A DNA stretch of 64,000 nucleotides from Chrysomallon squamiferum (lineage: Eukaryota > Animalia > Mollusca). The DNA lies in contig CM022672.1 of the NCBI GenBank assembly GCA_012295275.1, positions 22,258,001-22,322,000 on the forward strand, written 5' to 3'. A program made the translations under genes and the position numbers. Within the stretch, counting starts at the first letter, position 1. The number at the start of each line of letters is the position of its first letter. The notes under the pieces were generated by a model. That model did not search any database, was not told the DNA's origin, and saw only the letters and a program-made list of their open reading frames with translations. This document shows, one piece after another, positions 31,112-43,651 of this stretch.

Positions 31112-32586
31112 ACCGTTTCTGTATAGTTATTTTCTCTCTCAGGAGTTATATAATTCAAAAATTATTCCAGCTTCCGGAAAGACTTGAATGTGTTGATGTA
31201 ATTCTTTTTATTTTGTTTTTTATTTTTGTTTGTTTAGGATTGTTGTTGTTGTTGTTGTTTTGGGGGGTTGGGGGGGTTTGGTTTTTTTGTTGGGTTTTTT
31301 GTTTGTTTTATTTCTTTACCTGTTTGTTTTGGAATGGGTTTCTTTTTTTTGGGAGGGAAGGAGGGAGTCTTGTTTTTACTGCTTTGTTTCTGTTTACTTT
31401 CCACTTTTTTTTAAATTATTATTATTATTTTTGTTGTTTTTCTTTTTGTTTGTTTGTTTTTTTTCTTTTCCTTTTAAATCGTTTCATTGTTTTTTTTTTT
31501 TTTCAATTTCGTATCCCTCTGCAACATTACTGCTTCTGTGAAACGTTATTCCTGGGATCCCCACGCTGAAAAATCCAAGGAAATTAATCTAAAAGCCGAG
31601 TCAAGGTCATTAACGATTGGTAAATTTGCACACCAGGCAGAAACGCTATCTGTAAGGTTACATATTTCCATCTAATGTGTTATAAAGAGAATATCCTCTT
31701 ATGTTTAAGAGATTGGCAGGTCCATTACTGAGAGCCAACTTCCATTTCCTTGACAGTGCTGGTCATCGTTTTTGTGACTATAACTTCTAAATCACAGGAT
31801 TAAAAATCACCACGTCTGCTCGCAGTTTCTGGACAACCTTGGCGCGACACCGGCGCTTGTTCGTGTTTATCTTTATTTTCTTTCTTTTCTTTTCTTTTTT
31901 TTTTTTTTTTCGGTTTTGTTTTTCTTTTTGTTGTCGTTGTTTTTTGCTGTTATTGTTTATGGCGGGTTCGTTATTTTTTTGTTTTTTCACTTTTTTGGGG
32001 GTGGGTTGTTGGGGTTTTTTTTTTTTTTTTTCTTGTTTTTCTCCTTTTTTAGTTGTTTCCAATTATGACTGGTAGATAAATAAATAAACTGTTGTTTTTA
32101 TGAGTAATGGAAACCAGAAATAGAAGTAAGAAAAATAAACAAAAATATTGTTTTTTTGGAAAAAGGTCTTAGCACGGGGTTTTAATATCTGTTGTTGTTG
32201 TTGTTGTTGTTACTTTATTTTCATGTTTCATTTTTTTCCATTTATTATTATTTTGTTTTTAATTTTTATTTATTCTTCTTTTTCAACAGCCTAAGGCTGC
32301 GGAGGTCAAAAAATATCTAAATATATCAAGCTATAAAAAAGCTATATCTATTTTGTACAAGCTATAAAAAAAATAATAATAATAAAAATAAATAATACAC
32401 ATGAAGTACATTGCCGGTCGTTTTGATACGGGAAATATGCTTCGTGGTTTTTCATTCATTCATTCTACATTGTTTGATACTGTAAAATACACTTCATAAA
32501 TTAACTAATTAGAATTGCGTATAGGTTGCCTATGGGAATATTATTATTTTTATTTTATTGTTGTTGTTGGTGTCGTCTTTGTTTTA

Positions 32587-32639
<53 letters not shown>

Positions 32640-33191
32640 TTTATATCATCATTATTAATATTTAAAAATAAAGAAATAAAAATAATTCATTATTATAAGA
32701 AACTTCAAAATATCATTAACACTAAGCTACAGCATCAATAATCCAGTATCATCAATCGTCTGAATGTTCTACATTGGTAGCATCTATAACGATCGTTACT
32801 GATAAACTTTGATGTCCTACATTAAAGATTAATGCTGGCTTTTAATATCATTTCATTATTGTTATTTCTCGTTTTATTGACCCCGTGTTTTGTTCAGTAT
32901 TGCTTTCTTACATTTTAACAAGCAAAGCCAAAGAGTTAGCAAAAATATGAATCTATACAACACCGCTAGCTATATCGACATATTATCTTATTATATTCAT
33001 GTACTTAGTATAAGTAATATAGTTGTTTTATTATTTCATACAGAATTATAATATAGCGACTAATTGTTTGTTTTTGTTGTTTTTTAAAGTTGTTTGCTTT
33101 GTTAATGTTGTTGATTTTGGTTTCTTTTCAGGTTATTTTAAATCATTTCTAGTTTGTATTTACAAAGCTTACAGATCATGCACGCACGCAC

Positions 33192-33338
<147 letters not shown>

Positions 33339-33697
33339 GAAGTAGTTAATCCAGTTTGTTCAAAATTATAAAAAAAAATAAAAACATGTCAGTATGATAA
33401 AAAAAAAAAATTAAAAAAATATAAAAATTGTAAATTATGTAATGCTATAGAGGTCTGTACGTATAACCGAGTCCCTAGCACTAAAGATGTTTCTTCAAAA
33501 TTATGTCATTAATATGGTAGTTTCCAGAATTATTAGAATAAGGAAACAGATTAAAATGTCTCCCAACATAAGGCTATAATAGAATAATCTAAATAAACTT
33601 TTTAGTTAATACAAAAAATAAAATTTAATGCATTAAACTGTTTTGTGCTGTGGATGGAAGGTAATCGACCCATTTACCATCATTAGTTTGGCCTCAT

Positions 33698-33733
<36 letters not shown>

Positions 33734-34164
33734 TTTTTTATTTATATTTAAACTGATGATAAACATTCTTAAAAAGAAAGCTATTTTTGTTGAAAGTCGA
33801 AATCTGGAAAGCGCCAAATCTGAAACTTGAGAAAAACAATTTCGAGCGGGTTTTAAACATCATCTTCACACACCGAGTTAACAACGCTGGGTCCAAAAAT
33901 AAAGCTGAAAACCGTCATATCTTGTGTGACATTTTATTTTAGTGACACTGTTTAAAAACAGTTACAAATTCATTCCCCCACACATTTATAAAACATACAG
34001 TATAACACAATATCTAATGTTAATCTGGATAAGAATAGGACAGAAAACGCGAATTATAATTTACCTGTCAACTATGTACAAAAATACTGGTTTCATGAAT
34101 AACCGTATCTTGTAATGAGTTAGATGTCGGGGAAAATCTAGCAAAAATAAAATAAAATAAATAA

Positions 34165-34264
<100 letters not shown>

Positions 34265-37200
34265 TGAAAAACTACACTCATACATAAAAGCAGGCACTTC
34301 ATTAGGACAAACAGTTTATTTATTTTTAGTTTTATAAAAGAAATATAAAAATCCTTTCAAATTGAATATACCTTCAATATTAATAATACATATATAATCT
34401 ACTTCCATGAAGAAAATGAAAAAAAAAAAAATAATAATAATAAAAACTGTGGGACGACTTTTAATCAGAACAGTTGATTTGAAAATATTTAAAATAACAA
34501 AGTTTTCTGTTTTTCATTCAAATGAGTCAATTCAAACTACTTTTGACACATGTCATTTCAATAAAATATGCACTGAAACGAGCCCTATATACATTTTTTT
34601 TTTTTAAATATGTACATACATTTGAAGGATATGGTACATTAAAATAAGTTTGCTAGATGCATACAAAAATTCGTGTTTTCTTAACAATAGTTGTTAAGCA
34701 TCAAGGCAAGTAAAAAATAAATCCGCTGAACAATAATTACGTTCACGAAGATTTCATTGTTTGAAATACAAACCTAATCAATAAACATATTAAAAAATAA
34801 TAATAATAATGTACATGTTTTTAGTTTACAAATCAAATGAGTTCCCTAAGATAAAATAATCTTAATACAGTAGGGTTCATTTTTAAATTCATTACAAACT
34901 GATGGTTAGCAAGCTATTCAGTACATAGTCTTGTTGTTAGTTTATCTTTACGAGAGGTTAGCAGAAAACGATAAAAAAAAATAAAAGGTAAAATGTCGGC
35001 CTTTGCATTTCATCATTATTTTATTTACCATACTTTAACATAAAATTTGCTATGAATAAAACAGAAATTCAGAAAAAAAAAAAAAAAAAAGTTAAATATA
35101 GCTGTATATTTTGAATGTTATACAGATTTGCAGTCAGAAGACCAATACTTTTATTTCAGGCTTTCGACTATAGTGGCTTGCATAACTACTGAGCTACAGT
35201 GTATATTAATTAGGTTTTCAAATAACCTACAAAGTTTGTATACAAATCAAGACAATGTAAGTAATTTTTATCACAATGAAAACTAAATACACAATATTCG
35301 TAATTCCAGTTTAACGCAACAGATGAAAAAAATAAAAATTACTTTTATTTAATTACAATTTAAAGCTACAAATAAAAATTAAAAATTAAAAATTAAAAAT
35401 TAATGTTTTCAAATCTACGACGTTCCTAAATAACGAATGAAAATATTTTTCAAAACGACTTTATAACGTTTATTTCTTGTTATTTAATAAAAATCTGGTA
35501 GGAGGTTTTTGAAAGAGGAGTAGCTTTCAGTTTTTCAAGATATTTTAAAATACACGACTCTAACTGCATTCCAGTCGAAGAAGGAAAAAAATTACAAATT
35601 CCTCTTCTTGCTCTATTTCAAATTAACACTAACAGTTTTAAAACTGTGTATAGGGATAACTTTTAATACCACAATTAAGTTGCACAGCAAATTTTCATTA
35701 CATTTAGTTATTTTTAACAGTATATCCAATAAAGATTTGGAAAAATAGTAAAATTATCATGATAAACACTTATTTTCCACACATTAGGGTTTTTGTTTTT
35801 CCCCTGCAGTTATTCGATTGATGGAATAAAGCATCTTTATTAACACATTTTTATTAAAAATAAATATAATAAAAAAATAATAAATTAGTTTTTTAAAATT
35901 ACATGTAATATTAAACACAATATCCAATGACACACTGATGAAAAAAAAATATTTTAAGTAGCTAAAAGCAGTCAACAGTATACCAACAAATCAAATAGAA
36001 AAAAGATATGGCACATACCAACACATTTATAGAAATCACGGTTTAATTAGTATTTTACAATTTCAAATGTCTCTCTGAAATAAAATTCTAAATCAGTTAT
36101 AGAAAAAATGCATTTGAATATAGATTATATCCAAATTCATTAACAATAATTGCTTTAAAAAAAAAAAAAAAAAAAATAAAAAAAAATTTGTCCATTCTAT
36201 ACAAGAGTTATTATTTCAAACGAATCAGTTTTGAAGAATAAAATACCGAATATAATTTACAAAATTCTCAAATATACACAAGTTTATTTTTTCTAATAAA
36301 TTAGTTTTGAGGAATAAAATATTGCAGGAATATAGTTAACATTAAAATTAACAAACCGTTTACTTTTGATCCAGGTTAAGTTTAAAGATACACATGTAGA
36401 TAGCATCGTCAGATTAAAATTAATGCATTCAAATCACTGTTCTCAAATACACAAGAAATTTCTTTTTCTAACAGATCAGTTGGGATGAATGCAGTATTGG
36501 ATTGAATATAATTTCATTTTAAATTAATTAAAATTTTATTTTAATTCAAAATTAACTTTACAAATTCGTAGATGATATCAATACAGTAATATTAATGGAC
36601 AAAAATCAATATATTCCAGTATAAATGAGTGTATTAATTCTAGCAGGTAGTAAAATTTGAAATAAAATATAATATCAAACAAAACAGATTCACATTTTTC
36701 TTTATCTTATTAATTATTATTTTGTTTTTGTTATTCTACTGCACTACCTGTGTGTTATTTATTATAAATAAGTAGAAATGACAATGTATATTTTAATAAT
36801 AATAAAGTTAATAACATAAAAAAAAAAAAAAAAAAAAAAAAAGTCAAGGAATTCATTTAACTGAAGGCACTGGGGTCTGCAATATACATCCCGAGAAAGA
36901 TGACTTTGATTTTAATCTGTAACTAGAGTATGAAGAGGAAACACAAGAGCAACAATAACAAAATGAAATATGTTTGTTCCCTTTTGTGTAGATATGTGTA
37001 TCAGTATTCTAGTTCTTATTTAATTTTTCTCAATAATGGTATAAGATTTAGTTACATTATTATTATTATATAAATATGTTTTTTTTGTTCTCATTTTTGT
37101 TTTGTTTTGGTTTTTTTTTGTTGTTTTTTTTTTTTATTATTATTATTTTCTTTCTTTATTCTACTGTTAACTTTTTTATTTTATTTTTTTTTGTTGTTGT

Positions 37201-39641
37201 TGTTGTTGTTGTTTTTTATTATTTTGTTTCAACATTCTTCTGTTAACTTTAAATCTAAGACAAATTAACTTGTTTAAACTCAGTTGCCAAATTCCAAAAA
37301 TACTTTAAAAATTAAATTCCCAGTTAAAAACAATTTTTTTTTTTTTTTAATATGGTTGCATAACTTGAAATTTAACTTCAAGAGTTATTAGAACAAAGAC
37401 AAATTTAAAAAAAAAAAATATAAAAATAAATATGTTGTAAAATATTTCAATGCTGACAACAAAACCATAAATAATAAACTTGGTAACTATAATTCATTTC
37501 AATGGAGAGCCTGAAAATAAATACACAGCTTTAACCCAAGCATGATTATAAGAAAGAAAAGTAAAGCAATAAAACAACATCAATGTAAAATAGACAAAAT
37601 CACTTTTGTATGTTAATAATTTCATTACTTTGGTCACTCTGATTAAATATTTAATTATATTTATAATTAACAATTTTTACACAATACATTATTATTGTTC
37701 TTTTTCTTCCTAGTAATAAAGGATAGATTTAAATTTTTAAAACAAAGATATATAAAGTCACTTCCTGTGAATGATTCTTATAATACAGATTTAAAATGTA
37801 AATATAAAATAAATAAATAAAATGACACAAGTAATAGCATCATGAATATTTGAATGAATTCATTTATACTGAGCAAAACAAAATATGTATATCCTCAAAA
37901 ACCATCTCATGCAAAGTATTCAGCTGCAATTTTCTAAGCGGTAATCAATTTAATAATCATTGCAACATTAACTTTTACTTAAATACCACTGTGAAAATTA
38001 GTTCTGAAAAACTATTATGACAATCTTTAATAACTTCACTTTCAGCATGACAATTTCTAAACAGAATTTGTTGCATTTTGAAATATTACAAACAGAAGAA
38101 AGATTTGGTTGTTGTTAAATACCTTTCCCTTTTCTTTTTTTTTCCCCCCTTCAAATTGTTCAATTTTTTATTTTATGTTGACAACCCAGTGATAAATATT
38201 TACCATCTGACTGCATGTCAGGCCAATTATTAAAATTATTTTTAAATGGTTTTGTAATTTGTAACAGTAGAAGATTGGTCTATTTTCACATTTCCTATAG
38301 AGCTAAACAAAAGAGCAAGGAAAAGTGATGTTAAAAATATGACACCAAAATTTCAAATACATGTATAAAAAATCAAGAAACAACATTATTTTAAAAAGTA
38401 GTAGTAGTAGTAGTAGTTGTTGTTGTTGTTGTAGCAGAAGTAGCAGCAATGGTATTAGTGGTAATAAAAAGTTACTGATACTGTTGCCTTTAAAAACAAT
38501 TAACTACATTCACCAAACAAAACTGACTAATATTTGGCAATTTGCCTAGCAAAAGTTTAATTTTAAGCTGTAAGGTTTTATTAATAAATAAAGTGTAATA
38601 TAAAACTTTGAAAATTATTACACTGATCTACAATTGATTAAAATTATATTCTATTCTACTAGAATTTTAGAATAATGCAGTGATTTTTTTTATTAAATAT
38701 GAAAAAAGTTAAAACACTAAGTGGATGACAATTTAAAAATAATTATGTTTGTCAGGTTAATTTCATAATTAACATAAAAATTGCATTGTAATAAACAAAT
38801 TTTTAACATAATACAAAACAATGTGTTTGTGCATTATAAATTATTGATCATTCTATCCATACTTCAATACAATGGAGTGATACAGAAGCACATTTTTATA
38901 ATAACGAAATAAAGGGACTGTATGTGTTGACATTATTTACTGAGATATCCAGATAATAATAATGTTACATCAAGACTTTTTTTATCACCAAAAAAAATTA
39001 TTATTTAATTGTTGCTTCTTAATTGTGCGCTTGTGTGTGCACAAGCCTAAATGTTATGTATCCTGCACACAGTGGAAATTAACTGCACACAAGAATATTA
39101 AACATGTTTGTTAAAAACAAGTCTAAGTGTAAAAGGTTCCAGACACTAAATATCCAAATTTATCACTGTGTTAACCCTCTGAACTATGATTTGCTAGACA
39201 AACATGTTCTCTTTACACAGAGCTTCACTTGGCAGAATGTGAAAAATACTCTTTTTCAGTTTCTACATGCAGATTAAAAATCCAAAAACAAAAAATAACA
39301 AGTGATGGTCAAAATTTTAATTCTGAGATACGAAACATTTTTATTTTTATTTTTTTTAGTTAAAATTTTAATCATTCAGGTTCAAAGGGCCACCCATACT
39401 TAATCAAAAACTGAGATAAAAATGTCTAACCTGATGAATTTATCTACCTATTTTCAAGATTACCTGCATTTTGTCACTGTAAAATAATAACTAGTACAAT
39501 ATATTGTTTACATAAACACAGACCTTTAAAATTTCAGTGAACAATGTCTTTAGCTAAAAAATATCTTTTCCCTGATTCAGTTTTTCCTGTAATTAAAAAC
39601 ACTGTGTTATTTTCTTCAGTACGAACCGTAACAAAAACAGT

Positions 39642-39798
39642 CTACGAATCCACTGTTCTCTCTTCCTCTAAGTGTCGTTTTCTGTAATCTTCCAGTGTTT
39701 TTTGAATGGTTTCATTAGAGTATTTACACTTTGAGTTGTTGCAAGCACAAGTAAACTGTTTCCATTTGATGATCCAGAACTTTTCACCATAGTCAAAT
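39642..39798 (-). CDS. EHMT1: EHMT terminal coding exon ([24 protein letters not shown])
   Basis: FDYG with Phe at the F/Y switch as in G9a, post-SET CxCxxxxC, and TAG at 39642-39644. Confidence 0.97.
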
Positions 39799-42173
39799 CT
39801 GAAATAGTGATACAGAAAAAGAAATTTCCATGAATAGTTTATAAGAAACAGGCTTAATGAAAATGTTACAATGAGAAAATATCTTTTTAATGTATCTCCT
39901 AGACAAGAAATTTTCTACAAGCATAAAGTAAATGTGATGGAATTAAAACTGTTAAATGATTTTTTTTAAATTCAGTATTTAAAAAATACAGAGTTAATCA
40001 GGAGCATTAGGAACCCATTATGAAACTGCATGTAGAGGTAAAAATATATTTTTATGTACAGGGTGTGCAAAAACTCATTGTCCATTTTGAGAAACAACAG
40101 AAATATAAGAGAACAAAAAAAATAATAATAATAAAATCCGTAATGCATATATATGCATACCAAACAAAATGCATACATACTTTACATTTAAAATGCTACT
40201 CCAAAAAAAAGAAAAGGAAAATCACTGAAAATGCCAACATGGCATGGCACTATCAATATTATTTCCTTTTTTCTCTTAAAACATTTCATAATGATAATCA
40301 TCTGAAATAGATGTTAGTATCAGTAAATAATCTTGCATTTTATATATTTTTTTAATAACAGTGTCTATTCATTGGGAGGCAAAAAAGAAAGACAGATCAC
40401 CGATACACAAGGTTGCACATTCCATAAAGTGACATTACTGCACAATTATGTTATTAAACAAGTGACTTAACCAAATGCTATTTCTAACTCACTTCACTAT
40501 TAATTGAAACCTAAAAATAAAATACTAACAAAGTACATGTACAGTCATTCTTTGTCATTCAAAAACGCAGGACTTACTACTTTCACTCAAACAAAACAGG
40601 GAAACCAGCACACGTAATGAATAGACTTTTTTTTGTTCGTAAATGCATCAGCTAAATTCAATCCAACTAACTTCAAGTCACAATGATTGTTCAGCGAAAC
40701 GCAAGGAAAGGTAGAACGTGACAAACATCTATTAGTAATCTTATCAATTTCCATTCCAGAGACAAACAAGCCGAAAACAGGTTTTTAAAAACCCAATTAC
40801 ATTTCAATCAAGACGCCTAATCAACTAAATGCAGACCTATTGTCGCTAATGTTTCAATCACAGCCTGTAACAAACAAACAAAAGCCTGCCGGTTTCTGGA
40901 AGAAAGAAAAAAAAAATGTACAGTATTCAATCTAGTTACCATTACATGCAAGTTGTTAGGTATGACTATGTGAATTAGCCGTCCGATGAATCTGAAAACA
41001 AGAGATTGAATGAAGACCGCAAACTTGTATCAATTACTTCAGGCTGTAATACCCAAATTTTGACAGGAAATAAGATAGTAATACTGCCAGAGGCTAGCAC
41101 TAAATGGCCAATCAATGCATAAAATGAAATAACACTGCACGGTAATGAACAATTTTGGGCAGTACAGTTCGCTCAAATTTGACTTGATGCATCACGACCT
41201 ACTGCAGACTGGAGACTTCAGAACTAATCTTTCTTGTTGTTCTCATTCTCTTTTCTTTATTTTTCTTGTGTTCATTCTCTCATTCTCTCTCATTCATTCT
41301 CTCTCATTCTCTCTCTCTCTCTCTTAAAACAAGACAGGCAGAATATTACAAGCTTACAAAATAACAATTGTTATTATTAGTTAATTACTGTATTCTAAGC
41401 AAAGATTATTTTAAATAACAGATATTTCAGTTATTTATTGTTTATCATTAATAGATTGTTGTTGTGTTTTTTTTTTATATATATGTGTGTGTGTGTGTGT
41501 TTTTATTCCTTTCTGTTTTTTTATTTTCATATTTAGGGAGGGTTTCTTATGTGGGTTTTTCTCTGGTGATAGGTCAGAAAATGAAAGGTGGATGGAACAG
41601 GTTTCCATTTTAAATTCTTGAATTTCTGACAGTTTAGTAATTCTATTTAGAAGTAAATTATCAGCTGAATATTAAACACATTTATATGAAACATGTTAAT
41701 GTCAATGTTATTGATAAATCAGATGTCAATAACATGAAGCTGACATGTGCAAATATAATTAAAATTTTTTTTTTAAAAAATTATTTTTATTAAATTTCAT
41801 TATTAGCATAAAATAACTTAACATTTTTTTTGACAGTAGAAACTAAATATTACTAAACACTGCATCATATGTTTGTGATAATAAATGTCATTTAAATAAA
41901 ATGGTTGCTTTCATTAGCATCTGCAACATTTCATCATCTGCAATAAAATAAATTATCTTTCTAATAAAAATAATAATTCAATGAAAAAATGTTATGGATA
42001 TGTTTTAAATAAATCAATAATTCATATCTGTGTAGCATCCAACCTAATTTAAAAATTCCATCTGTGCGTAAACTGATGGGAGACTGTAATAGGTCAAGGC
42101 CAAGGTGAAGATCAACCCTATTATCTTGATACTTTGTTAACTACATGTTTAACCAGATGTTAATCAACTTAGT

Positions 42174-42217
<44 letters not shown>

Positions 42218-43611
42218 ATTACAAATTGTTATATAATTATCTGAATATATATTTTAAACTATTATTATATAGTGATTTGGATTTTGTCTTCCAAACATTG
42301 TCTAATAAATAATAATAATAATAATAATAATAATATTACACACACACACACACACACACACTACAACAGATGAAGAATGTTACTCTAAGACAAACACTGT
42401 AAGAAACAAAAAATTAATAAAAATTTAAAAAAAAAAATAATAATAATAATAATAATAATAATAGTTATCAAGGGAACATGAATCTTCACACACTCATAAT
42501 GCAAGTTAAATCCAAAAGCCATGAGACAACAATACACATAAAAAGCAAAATCTTCCAATTATCTGAAACAACCTACGAAGAAATGCAGTGAGGGCTTTTT
42601 CGCCTCCGGTCACCAGAATGGCTAATCTTTGGGCTCTGTATTTGCCATTCTACTTAAAGAACGTCACAAATCTGTAGTAATTATTTTTTCTTTCTGTCAA
42701 GTTAAGAGCAATTTTCTTCAGCAAAATAGACATGAACTGAAAACTACAAGCTCGCCTGAAAAATCGATAGTGTCCTTTTTCTCAAGAACAGCTGATGGCA
42801 CTGGCACAACAAAGACAAATTCAACATGCTTTACAAAAGCACTAACATAATGAAAATATTAAACTGACAAGATGAAGGGAAAAAAGAAAAAACACTTTAT
42901 AATATATATAATAACACAAATACAGCTTGTTGTGAAAAGGATTGTTTAATACAAGTAGTCATTTAGCAATAAAAAAAGGACTGTTTGTACTGGGATTATG
43001 GGGGGATGCTTTTTGTTGGTGTCTTCCTTTTTCTTTTTCTTTTTTTTTAAAGCATGATTAAAGTAATTATTTTCTTAAAATAACAAAAGACAAACTAGGC
43101 ACTTTTTTATGAAGGTAATAAAATTAAAATAACAAACTGAAAAGAAAAAAGATTGCTTTATAAACATGTTTTAATAGTAAAACAAATACAGCTGGTAATG
43201 AAAGCAGTTTTCTAATTTAATGCAATTATTGTTTTTCAGAAATTAAAATGTTTTGTGTTGTTTTGTTTATTTATTTTTAAAAATAATTTAAAAAAAATTC
43301 TTTACTAATAAAAATTATTGTTTTTTTTTTTTCTTCTTAAATAATGAAAGAACTGTTTTTCTTAAGAAATAAAATTTACTGTTTTCAACAAAAAAAAAAT
43401 TTTTTTTTTTTAAATTTTTTTTTAGAAAACCTGCATTGGTTGAATTTGAAAGGATTTATTTAAAGCTGTTTATAACTACTTCTGTAATTTATATTTGAGT
43501 AATAATTTTTTAATTTATTCAGCAGAAAATAAAATTTAAAAAAACAGAGAAGATAAGGTAAGTACTGATTACATTTTGCTTGTAAACTTACAAATACATT
43601 CATTCTTTCTT

Positions 43612-43651
<40 letters not shown>

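Noticed and set aside
40856-40876. AATCACAGCCTG resembling a miR-2 family 5' end
   Set aside because: The 3' half does not match miR-2, no complementary arm was found, and it is antisense to the host gene.
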